The notes below the pieces were generated by a model, which was not told the origin of the DNA, searched no databases, and was given only the letters and a program-made list of their open reading frames with translations. Source: Verrucomicrobia bacterium UBA3869 (GTDB lineage: Bacteria > Verrucomicrobiota > Verrucomicrobiia > Opitutales > UBA9783). Taken from it: a stretch of DNA of 20,287 nucleotides. Shown one piece after another: positions 1-8,135 of this stretch. The stretch lies in contig DGGR01000014.1 in the NCBI GenBank assembly GCA_002392285.1, positions 1 through 20,287 on the forward strand, written 5' to 3'. Position 1 is the first letter of the stretch, and the number at the start of each line of letters is the position of its first letter. The position numbers were made by a program, and so were the translations under genes.

Positions 1-39
1 TGCAGAAATGCAGAACGGTAATTAAACGGTTATTAACCT

Positions 40-1161
40 CTATTGTTTGGGTAAATTTTCCATTACTTTTTGGTGCATTTGCTCATTGACTGCATGGATT
101 TCAAAGCGTTGAGCATAGCATCGAGAAGCGTTACCCATAACCTCAATTTGATCGGGATGGGTAATAAAGAATTCCATGGCTTGAACAAGGGCCTGCGTAT
201 CCTTAATCGGAATTTGGATACCGTTTTTGCGGTCAATGATGGCCTCGCGGCATCCTATTGCATCCGTTGTAATAATCGGGCGGCCGCATGCTAATGCCTC
301 CAATAAAGCACGCGGTACACCTTCGCGGTAATAGGATGGGTAAACAAACACAGAACAGCAATTAATAGCTGAAGCCATAGCTTCGATATAACCCATATAC
401 TGAACTTGTTGGCTGATTGTCTGCAATTGTTCACGTGAAATAGCCGAAGGATTGGTGTCAATACCGCCTCCGAGTAAAAATTCAACCTGCGGGTAGCGTT
501 TTTTAAGCTGTTGTGCAGCCTCAATATAATGAAACACACCCTTTTCTTTGATGAGGCGTGCAGCCATCAAAAACGTAAGCTTTTGCGGATAAGGTTGAGG
601 GTAAAAAGCTTGCAAATCAACGCCTGTGCCAGGGACTACTGAAGAACGGTCTTGGGTTACAATTCCTTGTTGTAGGAACAATGCACGATCGTCTGGATTC
701 TGAAAAAATACATGCGAAAAGTTTTTAAAGCTGTGTTGATAGAAAAACAAACAAAGGTGCTTAATGAGTTTGCGCTTTAATCCTGGCTCATCGATAAACG
801 CATAACCTAAGCCAGAAACAAGGCCATAAATCTGCTTAAAACCCAAATGAGCGGCAATCCATCCTCCATATACATTCGGTTTAACGTTGCCCAAAAAGAG
901 TACATCGGGGTGTACCGTACGCAGCAATTGACGGATGGAAGCCAATGCCCGCAGGTTATTAATGGGACCAATAGAGGTTCCACTAAATCCATCAAACGGG
1001 ACAAAGCTAACATTTGGGCATAAGGTTTTACCGACCTTCAACACTTCAGCGGATGCTGCATAAAGCACCTTCCATCCTTTTGCCTGAAAATCATTAACCA
1101 ACGTATGCCTTAATCGTAAGGTCGATACATTGGATCCGAAAAAGAACAAAATAGATGGCAT
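40..1161 (-). CDS. glycosyltransferase, GT-B fold, family 4-like
   Basis: 373-aa product from the ATG at 1161 (MPSILFFFGS...). The C-terminal EGVPRALLEALACGRPIITTD contains an E-x7-E motif typical of GT4/GT1 retaining glycosyltransferases. The track ORF extends to a GTG at 1257, but that extension runs through the tRNA at 1179-1263, so the ATG at 1161 is preferred. Confidence 0.8.
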   Translation of the reverse strand: MPSILFFFGSNVSTLRLRHTLVNDFQAKGWKVLYAASAEVLKVGKTLCPNVSFVPFDGFSGTSIGPINNLRALASIRQLLRTVHPDVLFLGNVKPNVYGGWIAAHLGFKQIYGLVSGLGYAFIDEPGLKRKLIKHLCLFFYQHSFKNFSHVFFQNPDDRALFLQQGIVTQDRSSVVPGTGVDLQAFYPQPYPQKLTFLMAARLIKEKGVFHYIEAAQQLKKRYPQVEFLLGGGIDTNPSAISREQLQTISQQVQYMGYIEAMASAINCCSVFVYPSYYREGVPRALLEALACGRPIITTDAIGCREAIIDRKNGIQIPIKDTQALVQAMEFFITHPDQIEVMGNASRCYAQRFEIHAVNEQMHQKVMENLPKQ

Positions 1162-1178
1162 GGATAAACAAAGGTACT

Positions 1179-1263
1179 TGGTGCTCGAGAAGGGATTTGA
1201 ACCCTTACGCCTTGCGGCACCAGATCCTAGGTCTGACGTGTCTGCCAATTCCACCACTCAAGC
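1179..1263 (-). tRNA. tRNA-Leu, anticodon UAG, class II with long variable arm, CCA encoded
   Basis: The reverse complement folds by hand into a cloverleaf. Acceptor GCTTGAG/CTCGAGC (one G-U pair), D stem GTG/CAC, anticodon stem TCAGA/TCTGG, loop CCTAGGA (anticodon TAG at 1227-1229), variable arm TGCCGCAAGGCGT, T arm AAGGG-TTCAAAT-CCCTT, discriminator A plus CCA. It is very similar in layout to E. coli leuW. Confidence 0.9.
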
Positions 1264-1397
1264 TTATAGCGTAACTCCATACAAAATGGGATTGGCAAAA
1301 AGCGCAACGTATTTTTTTACGCACCCCTTCGTTTAAGCAGATAGGTCTAAAACAACTTGACATTGCTCACCGAACTTGTTTTTTCAATTGCAATTGA

Positions 1398-4199
1398 ATG
1401 GCGAACGTAGAAAAAAACGCGCTTCTAAAAGCGACTCTTAATCTTCCAAAAACGAATTTTCCCATGCAGGCTCGTTTGGTTCAACGAGAACCGGAACGAT
1501 TGGAGCGATGGAATCAACAGCATTTATACGCACAAATTCAAAAGAAAAATGCAAACGGCAAGCCCTTTTTGTTGCACGATGGGCCTCCATTTACCAATGG
1601 TGATATTCATATCGGTACCGCGCTCAATAAGATTTTAAAAGATATCATTTTACGCTTCAAAAGCATGCAAGGGTTTTCGGCTCCCTACATACCCGGTTGG
1701 GATTGTCATGGGCTTCCCATAGAACACAAGGTAGCCAAAGAGCATCCTGATTTGCTGAACAATCCGATTGAATTGCGCAAAACCTGTGCTGCGTTCTCGT
1801 CGGACTTTATTAAACGCCAGGAAGCTCAATTTCGTCGATTAGGCGTATTAGCTGATTGGGAACACGCGTATCAAACCAAAGAATCAGGGTATGAAGGCCA
1901 CGTGCTCCATACCTTTGCCCAATTTGTTCGTGCTGGCCTTGTTTACCGCAGCAAAAAACCCGTTTATTGGTCGATCCCATGCCAAACAGCTTTGGCGGAA
2001 GCAGAAATTGAGTATAAGAACGTAGTCAGCGATAGTATTTGGGTGAAATTCCTGCTGAAAAAACCCGAGGCTTTGGGCCTGGATCCACAAACCTACGTTG
2101 TTATTTGGACAACCACCCCCTGGACTTTGCCAGCCAACCGAGCGATTGCGGTAGGTCCTGATTTACGCTACGTTTCTCTTCAAGTTGGATCGGAACATTA
2201 CATCGTTGCGGAACAATTGGTCGAAACCTTCAAAAAAGACTGTCATATCGATCAGGCAACAGTTGAACATGCGTTCACCGGTAACCAGCTAGAAGGGCAG
2301 CTTACTCAGCATCCATTTCTAAACCGCGAAAGTCCGATTGTATGTGCGGATTATGTCACTTTAGATACCGGAACCGGATGCGTTCATACAGCCCCAGGGC
2401 ATGGAATGGACGACTACCTAACCGGCTTGCGGTATCATTTAGAGATTGCTTGCCCAGTTGATGATCGAGGAGCTCTTATGGCCGAAGGGGATATGCCAGC
2501 CGAACTCATCGGCAAGTTGGTATGGACCCCAAAAGGAGATTCGCCCGCCAACCAAGCGGTTATGGAGCTGCTCAAAACTAAAAACGCTTTGTTGCAAGCA
2601 ACCCCCTATCCGCATTCCTATCCGCATTGTTGGCGTTCAAAAGCTCCGGTTATCGCACGCGCACTACCCCAATGGTTTATTGAGTTAGGAGGGTTAAAGC
2701 AAAAAGCGGAACGTGCAATTGAAGCTGTGCAATGGTTACCGGCGTGGGGTAAATCGCGCATTAAAGGTTCGGTTTCCGCCAGACCTGATTGGTGCATCAG
2801 CCGTCAACGCATGTGGGGGATTCCCTTGCCTGCATTTTTTAATGAATCCGGCGAACCTTTGTTAGATGCAGAGGTCATTGATGCATTGGCTGATAAAATA
2901 GCTCAACGGGGGACCCAATGGTGGTTTGAGTCTGACGAAACAACCTTGTTAGAAGGCATTTCATTACCCCAAACATGGTCAGGAACCTTGCATAAGAGCA
3001 ATGACACATTGGATGTTTGGATTGATTCTGGGTGTAGCCATGTAGCGGTGCTCCAACCCAAAGGATGGGAACCTGCCGATTTATATTTCGAAGGGAGCGA
3101 TCAGCACCGCGGGTGGTTTCAATCTTCTTTGTTCACCGCCTTAGTAACTGGGGATCGTGCTCCATACAAAACGGTCTTAACCCATGGTTTTTTTGTAGAC
3201 GAAGAACGTAAGAAAATCTCGAAAAGCTCCGGTAGCCCTCAAACAGCCGAAGCTTACGTATCTAAATACGGAGCTGATACCTTGCGCTTATGGATCGCTT
3301 CCGAAGATTATCGCAATGACATTCCGGTATCTGACGCTATTCTTCAGCAGGTCATCGCCACTTATCGAACGATGCGCAATACGCTGCGTTTTCAATTAGG
3401 CAACCTCTATGATTTCAGGCCAAACAATGCGATTGCCTACTCCCAACTATTGCCAATAGACCGTTGGGTATTGTCTGAAACCAATCGCTTGATCGATGGG
3501 GTAACCCAGGCCTATGATGCTTACGATTTTCATAAGGTATACCAACAGATCAATCGTTTCTGTACGTTAACCTTGTCGGCTCGTTATCATGATATTTTAA
3601 AAGATCGCTTGTATACTTTACAGGCTGATGGATTGGAACGGCGTTCAGCTCAAACGGTTCTGTATACCGTTTGCCAAACGCTCATTCAATTACTGGCACC
3701 CATTTTAACGTTTACGGCCGATGAGGCTTGGGGTTACTTACAAGGAGATGCGGATTTTGGTTATGACCAACCCGTCCATCTTAGTGATTTCCCAAAAACG
3801 AACGCTCAATGGAATGATGAGGCGTTGGATAAGGATTTTACGGAATTATTTCAGATACGTGAAAAAGTGCAAATAGAGCTCGAAAAAGCGCGCCAGCAGA
3901 AAGTAATTGGGCAATCCTTAGATGCCCAAATCATCCTAACAGTTGGGGAACAAAGCCATGAATGGGCTGTGTTAAAGCGTTATGAGTCCTATTTACCCGA
4001 ATACTGGATTGTATCGGCAGTGCACCTTACGGTGGGTTCCGAATCGGGCTGTTCGATTGCAGTCAAGCATGCAGATGGGGTACAGTGTCCACGCACCTGG
4101 CGGTGGGTTGACAAATTAGTTGAGGTAGAAGGTTTGGGGCCTGTATCCGAACGATGTGTGCCCGTATTGAAATCTTGGCTAAAAACCCATACAATGTAA
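1398..4199 (+). CDS. ileS: isoleucyl-tRNA synthetase (type 1, 933 aa)
   Basis: Class I signature PPFTNGDIHIGTA (HIGH variant) and KKISKS (KMSKS variant). Editing-domain motifs WTTTPWTLPAN and GTGCVHTAPGHG. C-terminal CPRxW zinc-ribbon remnant. The length is typical of bacterial IleRS. Confidence 0.97.
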   Translation: MANVEKNALLKATLNLPKTNFPMQARLVQREPERLERWNQQHLYAQIQKKNANGKPFLLHDGPPFTNGDIHIGTALNKILKDIILRFKSMQGFSAPYIPGWDCHGLPIEHKVAKEHPDLLNNPIELRKTCAAFSSDFIKRQEAQFRRLGVLADWEHAYQTKESGYEGHVLHTFAQFVRAGLVYRSKKPVYWSIPCQTALAEAEIEYKNVVSDSIWVKFLLKKPEALGLDPQTYVVIWTTTPWTLPANRAIAVGPDLRYVSLQVGSEHYIVAEQLVETFKKDCHIDQATVEHAFTGNQLEGQLTQHPFLNRESPIVCADYVTLDTGTGCVHTAPGHGMDDYLTGLRYHLEIACPVDDRGALMAEGDMPAELIGKLVWTPKGDSPANQAVMELLKTKNALLQATPYPHSYPHCWRSKAPVIARALPQWFIELGGLKQKAERAIEAVQWLPAWGKSRIKGSVSARPDWCISRQRMWGIPLPAFFNESGEPLLDAEVIDALADKIAQRGTQWWFESDETTLLEGISLPQTWSGTLHKSNDTLDVWIDSGCSHVAVLQPKGWEPADLYFEGSDQHRGWFQSSLFTALVTGDRAPYKTVLTHGFFVDEERKKISKSSGSPQTAEAYVSKYGADTLRLWIASEDYRNDIPVSDAILQQVIATYRTMRNTLRFQLGNLYDFRPNNAIAYSQLLPIDRWVLSETNRLIDGVTQAYDAYDFHKVYQQINRFCTLTLSARYHDILKDRLYTLQADGLERRSAQTVLYTVCQTLIQLLAPILTFTADEAWGYLQGDADFGYDQPVHLSDFPKTNAQWNDEALDKDFTELFQIREKVQIELEKARQQKVIGQSLDAQIILTVGEQSHEWAVLKRYESYLPEYWIVSAVHLTVGSESGCSIAVKHADGVQCPRTWRWVDKLVEVEGLGPVSERCVPVLKSWLKTHTM

Positions 4200-4206
4200 T
4201 TCACAC

Positions 4207-4728
4207 ATGAAGCGAAAAACATCGAAAACCAGCAAGCCATCGAACAAGGCTGCGGCTACCCCAAAAGAACTTCCTGCTGCGTCGTTAGCAGATATTTTGG
4301 GTTTAAGTACCCCCAACCAGCCCAAAGCGAAGCATGATAAGAACGAAGTGCCTAAAAAGTGGCGCACGTACTATGATCAACTGATCGCGTTAAAGGAACA
4401 GCTGGAACAAACTGGGCATGTAGCCATAGAAACTTATGGTTATTCCAACCCGAAAGCAATCCTGATGGATATCAATGCAGCGATTGACCGCATTTTTAAG
4501 GGGACCTATGGCCTGTGTGAGTTGACCCATGAGCCCATTAATCCCGAAAGGCTACGCGCAATGCCTTATGCTCGGTATTCATCAGAAGGCCAAAAGCAGC
4601 TGGATGAAGAAGCGAAGCTACAGGCATTAAAGGACCGTAAGGAGGATGAAGCCTATGATTCCGATGATGCTGAAGACGCGCTCAACAAACCGTTGTGGAC
4701 GGACGATAACAATGGCGCGAACGAATGA
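4207..4728 (+). CDS. DksA/TraR-family protein with degenerate (cysteine-poor) zinc finger and Lys/Pro/Ala-rich N-terminal extension
   Basis: [30 protein letters not shown] aligns by eye to the E. coli DksA segment [28 protein letters not shown]. A coiled-coil segment lies upstream and the tail is acidic. The gene sits 8 nt after ileS, and its stop overlaps the lspA start (ATGA at 4725-4728). Confidence 0.7.
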   Translation: MKRKTSKTSKPSNKAAATPKELPAASLADILGLSTPNQPKAKHDKNEVPKKWRTYYDQLIALKEQLEQTGHVAIETYGYSNPKAILMDINAAIDRIFKGTYGLCELTHEPINPERLRAMPYARYSSEGQKQLDEEAKLQALKDRKEDEAYDSDDAEDALNKPLWTDDNNGANE

Positions 4729-5165
4729 GGGGGCGTAAACTTTGTTTTTGTGTCGCAGGGGGCGTTGTGCTGCTTGATCAGCTAACGAAGTACCTATGCG
4801 CTCATGCTAACCCCTGCCAAGTCCCCGTTATCCCTCATTGCTTATCCCTAACCTTTGTCGTCAATACCGGAAGTATTTGGGGCTGGGCTGGTGCCTATAC
4901 TTCCTTATTGGCTTACACCGGGCTCACCTTACTGTTTGTTTTAAGCGCTTATTTTTTAGCAAAACCACCCGCCTATCCTATTTGGATGGGATTGCTCATT
5001 GGCGGGATTTGTGGCAATACCTTAGACCGTTTATGCCGCGGATATGTAATTGATTTTATAGATTGCTATGTCCAAAACTGGCATTGGCCATGCTTTAATG
5101 TAGCCGATATCGCCATCACCAGTGCCTGTATCGGAATGATCCTTTTTCAACCGAAACCTCGCTAA
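4725..5165 (+). CDS. lspA: lipoprotein signal peptidase (signal peptidase II)
   Basis: 146-aa polytopic membrane protein with [17 protein letters not shown] (NxGxAF-like), GNTLDRL and FNVADIAIT motifs characteristic of LspA. Linkage of ileS and lspA is a classical arrangement. Confidence 0.85.
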   Translation: MRGRKLCFCVAGGVVLLDQLTKYLCAHANPCQVPVIPHCLSLTFVVNTGSIWGWAGAYTSLLAYTGLTLLFVLSAYFLAKPPAYPIWMGLLIGGICGNTLDRLCRGYVIDFIDCYVQNWHWPCFNVADIAITSACIGMILFQPKPR

Positions 5166-5171
5166 TGATCC

Positions 5172-5933
5172 TTATTTTTTATCCTCAAAGGTATAAAATT
5201 CAGGTGTAATACTGAAGGATTGAATCGACCCAACAAGAGGTTGTCGATTGCGTGCACTACTCATTAAGTAAAGCGTCAGCGTTTGCTCCATAAAAGGCAC
5301 TGAATAGGTATGAATTGTATTATATCCTTGGTAAAGCTCTGGGTGGGTACATAAAACACTCAACCCGTTGTGTTCAACAAAGGACAAAGTTAAATAAACC
5401 AGATCATTCAACGGCCGTAGTTTTTTCGAACAAAACAACGGCTGTTCTTGAGCCAAATGGACGTGCTGTTCTTGAATCGCCTTTTCATCTCCCTGCAGGT
5501 TTTTATCGTGCGGTGAAGCAATCGCGAAAGAAATGGAGGTGTTTACAACGTTTTGCGTGGATAGCGGTACGGGTTGGTTTGTTCTTAGAACGAGTCTCGT
5601 GGTAGGTCGTGTTCCTGGCGCTACTTGCCTCACAACCGGCACCGTAGGTTGTATGGGTGTTGCCTCCGTTGGCTGTTCAGAAAAAGTAAACAGGCCGGCA
5701 ATACGGTCCTTTAAACCCGATTTTGACGGATGTACCACGCGGGTTCGATGGATAGTCTGGCCTCCAACGGTATAGGTGTAATCAAAGGTTAAGGATGCCA
5801 AGCTCCAAAACCAATAAGAATAGGTCTTAATAGAAACCGTTACATTACAGCGTTGGTTAAAGGGGAGAGCCAAAATGCTGGGGCTTACCCCCAGCTCATT
5901 GACAATCGTACGGAATGAAGGCGCAACAGGCAT
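5172..5933 (-). CDS. hypothetical protein, last gene of the phage-derived cluster (beta-rich ends with Pro/Thr-rich linker)
   Basis: 253-aa ORF that starts 3 nt after the stop of the 562-aa ORF (TGA-TTT-ATG at 5939-5931). The central linker is QPTEATPIQPTVPVVRQVAPGTRPTT. I recognise no family. Its position suggests a distal structural or host-attachment component. Confidence 0.55.
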   Translation of the reverse strand: MPVAPSFRTIVNELGVSPSILALPFNQRCNVTVSIKTYSYWFWSLASLTFDYTYTVGGQTIHRTRVVHPSKSGLKDRIAGLFTFSEQPTEATPIQPTVPVVRQVAPGTRPTTRLVLRTNQPVPLSTQNVVNTSISFAIASPHDKNLQGDEKAIQEQHVHLAQEQPLFCSKKLRPLNDLVYLTLSFVEHNGLSVLCTHPELYQGYNTIHTYSVPFMEQTLTLYLMSSARNRQPLVGSIQSFSITPEFYTFEDKK

Positions 5934-5936
5934 AAA

Positions 5937-7625
5937 TCAGCGGGAAGCAATCATCCAAAATTGTTTTAGCTCTCCGTTTTCAACCATATTAAACGGTTTT
6001 AGGGAAAGCTGCGTGTTTTCAGGCAACGCATTCGCATTAATCATCACCTGCTTTGATTTCGTTCCAATTGTTAATTGCGTATAGCGTCCCATATCCACCT
6101 GAGAATCGGAAATGGGCGACATGTGAGGGAAATAGGTTCTATTTCCAGAACTTTGGTCGGCAAAGCGCATCTTTGGGTTATCCGTGATGGTACGGATTCG
6201 GTTCGTATGCATCAATTGACAGATATCGTTAGGTCCTAATTGCTTAGGGGCTCCAAACTTTAAAACGGTCGTTCCAGTATCCAACGAAATTCGTTCTTCT
6301 TGTACGGGTAAACTCAACGTGGCCCAAGCAGGTTCGCCATCTAAAAACGACAAAGCGTGGCCGATAAAAGGTCCCGATAGATCTTCATCGATCAACGTTA
6401 ATTGTCCCTCATAGCGCAAACACCCTATCGATTGATACAGCGTGGTTGCTAAACCAACCGGAGGCTGTGTTGTTTTGCCGCTAGAAATAACGTTTTGGTA
6501 GATCCTAGATTGCGCATTGGTTGCACAAATTTTTACCGAAAATGGACGTTCGGTATCCATTTCATCTGTTACGTAATGGATACTGGCGCTGATTGTTTCA
6601 TAGGTGGCGTCACATCCCATCCAAGGCGCAATTGCGCCTTCCAGTAACTCATTCGGTAGATTAGACATTCGCTGGACGTTGGAAATTTGTATCGATTTCG
6701 CATCAACCAAACAAGGAAAATGCTTTTTCCACCAGTTGTCGCTTTCAGGTTGAATCGGTTGCGTCTGTACCCATTGTTCCTGCACATGCGCATGCGATCC
6801 TTCCAATTCAACCGTCAATACCAACGCATTTAGTTCTTCGCCGGTTGCGTTTTCGGGATAGCGATCCACCGTAACGCTTTTCCACGTAGCTCCATCGGCT
6901 GAATGCGAATGTTCGTATTTCAGAACAACCGCTGCTATCTTTAAATCATTACGTGGGATGATGGAAAACTGGGTCAGTTGGCGCAGAGACAACGATTGTT
7001 TTTGTAAAGCGGACGCACAAGCAAAATGAATCGTTGGGGTTTTCGTCGTATAATCGATCCAAGCGGTAGCATTGGGGGTCCAACGTAATAGCTTTAAAAT
7101 CGCTTCACTACAACTGCAGTCCTTGATGGTTTCGCAAGGAAACTCGAAATCAAAACCGGAAATAGTCCCACACTCGATCGGTGCATGATGCGCTTTCGCA
7201 TAATCAACGATTGCCTGCAGACACTGGCGAGCATTGATCGTATTTCCTTGATCATCTTGACCCAACAAACACACACTACGGTTAATCACCTCTGTGGTGG
7301 TCGCTGTACCATCTTTAAAATAGCGCCAAGGTTGTTGAAAAACCAAATGATCGAAATACCAAAATGGACCGGATGCTTTGTAATAAGCGGATTCAGAATC
7401 CGCTGTATAATACGTTGGCGTTTGGGTAATACGCCCCCAAAACCACCGAGTGTTATCCTGAAATACTTCAATGATTGCGTCGCATTCAAACACGGGTGCT
7501 GAAGCATCCGTTTGAAAGGTAACCGTATCCGTCCCTTGATTCAGGATGTGGCGCGTAACATTAGAAATACCCCATTCGGCCAAAGGTTTGGTTTGGCCGT
7601 GATAGGACAGGGTCCATTGCTTCAT
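5937..7625 (-). CDS. hypothetical large structural protein; possible tail-hub/host-interaction protein
   Basis: 562-aa ORF and the largest gene in the cluster. It occupies the slot where hub or tip proteins sit in tailed-phage and GTA clusters. The N-terminal approx. 100 aa (MKQWTLSYHGQTKPLAEWGISNVTRHILNQGTDTVTFQT...) resemble the start of phage hub/gpD-like/distal-tail proteins, but only loosely. This is not a tape measure, because it is not Ala/Gly-rich and helical. Confidence 0.6.
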   Translation of the reverse strand: MKQWTLSYHGQTKPLAEWGISNVTRHILNQGTDTVTFQTDASAPVFECDAIIEVFQDNTRWFWGRITQTPTYYTADSESAYYKASGPFWYFDHLVFQQPWRYFKDGTATTTEVINRSVCLLGQDDQGNTINARQCLQAIVDYAKAHHAPIECGTISGFDFEFPCETIKDCSCSEAILKLLRWTPNATAWIDYTTKTPTIHFACASALQKQSLSLRQLTQFSIIPRNDLKIAAVVLKYEHSHSADGATWKSVTVDRYPENATGEELNALVLTVELEGSHAHVQEQWVQTQPIQPESDNWWKKHFPCLVDAKSIQISNVQRMSNLPNELLEGAIAPWMGCDATYETISASIHYVTDEMDTERPFSVKICATNAQSRIYQNVISSGKTTQPPVGLATTLYQSIGCLRYEGQLTLIDEDLSGPFIGHALSFLDGEPAWATLSLPVQEERISLDTGTTVLKFGAPKQLGPNDICQLMHTNRIRTITDNPKMRFADQSSGNRTYFPHMSPISDSQVDMGRYTQLTIGTKSKQVMINANALPENTQLSLKPFNMVENGELKQFWMIASR

Positions 7626-7627
7626 GA

Positions 7628-7747
7628 TTAATGACGAGTATTGCTGATTTGTTCACGCAACTCCTCTATCCGACCTGCTAAATCAGCGAGTTGGTTTTCG
7701 TGCTCTTTGATTGCATCTAATAATTCATAATAATCATTTTGTTTCAT
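7628..7747 (-). CDS. unannotated 39-aa coiled-coil-like small ORF (MKQNDYYELLDAIKEHENQLADLAGRIEELREQISNTRH)
   Basis: Hand-translated and below the ORF-track size cutoff. Its ATG at 7747 overlaps the end of the 133-aa ORF by 14 nt. Its TAA at 7628-7630 lies 2 nt before the ATG of the 562-aa ORF, so it fills the only otherwise empty gap in this part of the operon. It has a heptad-like amphipathic pattern. Confidence 0.4.
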   Translation of the reverse strand: MKQNDYYELLDAIKEHENQLADLAGRIEELREQISNTRH

Positions 7748-8135
7748 GTAGATTTCCTCCGTAAATTTTATAAAGGGTATAAGAAGCGTTCCCTTTGGAA
7801 TGCGTTTGAATCGTGCATAAGGTAGCGTCTTCTAAAAGAGTGGTTTTTTTGTCGCTCGGGGCTTCAAAATCGATCGACAGTTGGCCTTTTGCATGGATCA
7901 ACTGACTAGCGTGCGTTAAGCTATATTGAATCGCTTCTGCTTTACTTGCATGACGCTTGCTAACCTCCAAAACAATTTCTGTCTGTTGGTTATCCCGCCC
8001 TAACGCTTTAGCAAAGTCCGCATGGATCGCCTTACGCCATTGAACCGTCCAATGCGCCGTTATCTCTAAGCGCGTAATAGCTTCGTTGGTTCTTTCTCCA
8101 TCCGACAAAACATAGCTATTGAGGGTAATTTTCAT
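7734..8135 (-). CDS. hypothetical phage structural protein (133 aa; tube-, stopper- or distal-tail-sized)
   Basis: The start overlaps the upstream stop (ATGA at 8132-8135). It follows the two neck-like genes. I recognise no family. Its size and position match small tail-tube or tail-terminator proteins of siphovirus/GTA-type clusters. Confidence 0.55.
   Translation of the reverse strand: MKITLNSYVLSDGERTNEAITRLEITAHWTVQWRKAIHADFAKALGRDNQQTEIVLEVSKRHASKAEAIQYSLTHASQLIHAKGQLSIDFEAPSDKKTTLLEDATLCTIQTHSKGNASYTLYKIYGGNLHETK

Noticed and set aside
1162-1257. N-terminal extension of the glycosyltransferase ORF (track start, GTG at 1257)
   Set aside because: The extension is the reverse-strand reading of the tRNA-Leu gene itself. 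An in-frame ATG at 1161 begins the typical GT N-terminus (MPSILFFFGS).
1357-1362. Consensus TTGACA upstream of ileS as a sigma70 -35 element
   Set aside because: There is no acceptable -10 hexamer at 16-18 bp spacing (the sequence there is TTTTTT/TTCAAT). The ATG follows only 36 nt later, so I do not call a promoter. Note the tandem CAATTG-CAATTG directly before the ATG.
1179-5165. tRNA-Leu as the integration site of the phage-derived cluster
   Set aside because: The intact ileS-dksA-like-lspA operon (about 3.9 kb of core genes) separates the tRNA from the cluster. There is no partial tRNA copy at either cluster edge.
5163-5169. Shared TAATGAT at the left edge (5163-5169) and in the right spacer (14924-14930), as candidate att core repeats
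   Set aside because: The match is only 7 bp, is AT-rich, and occurs elsewhere (for example near 7629). It is well within chance expectation, so it is not evidence for site-specific integration.
7734-7747. Possible programmed frameshift (G/GT-like) joining the 133-aa ORF to the overlapping 39-aa frame
   Set aside because: The overlap (CATGAAACAAAATGA) has no convincing X-XXY-YYZ slippery heptamer. The small frame has its own ATG, and the downstream 562-aa protein does not look like a tape measure. I treat it as a separate small ORF.
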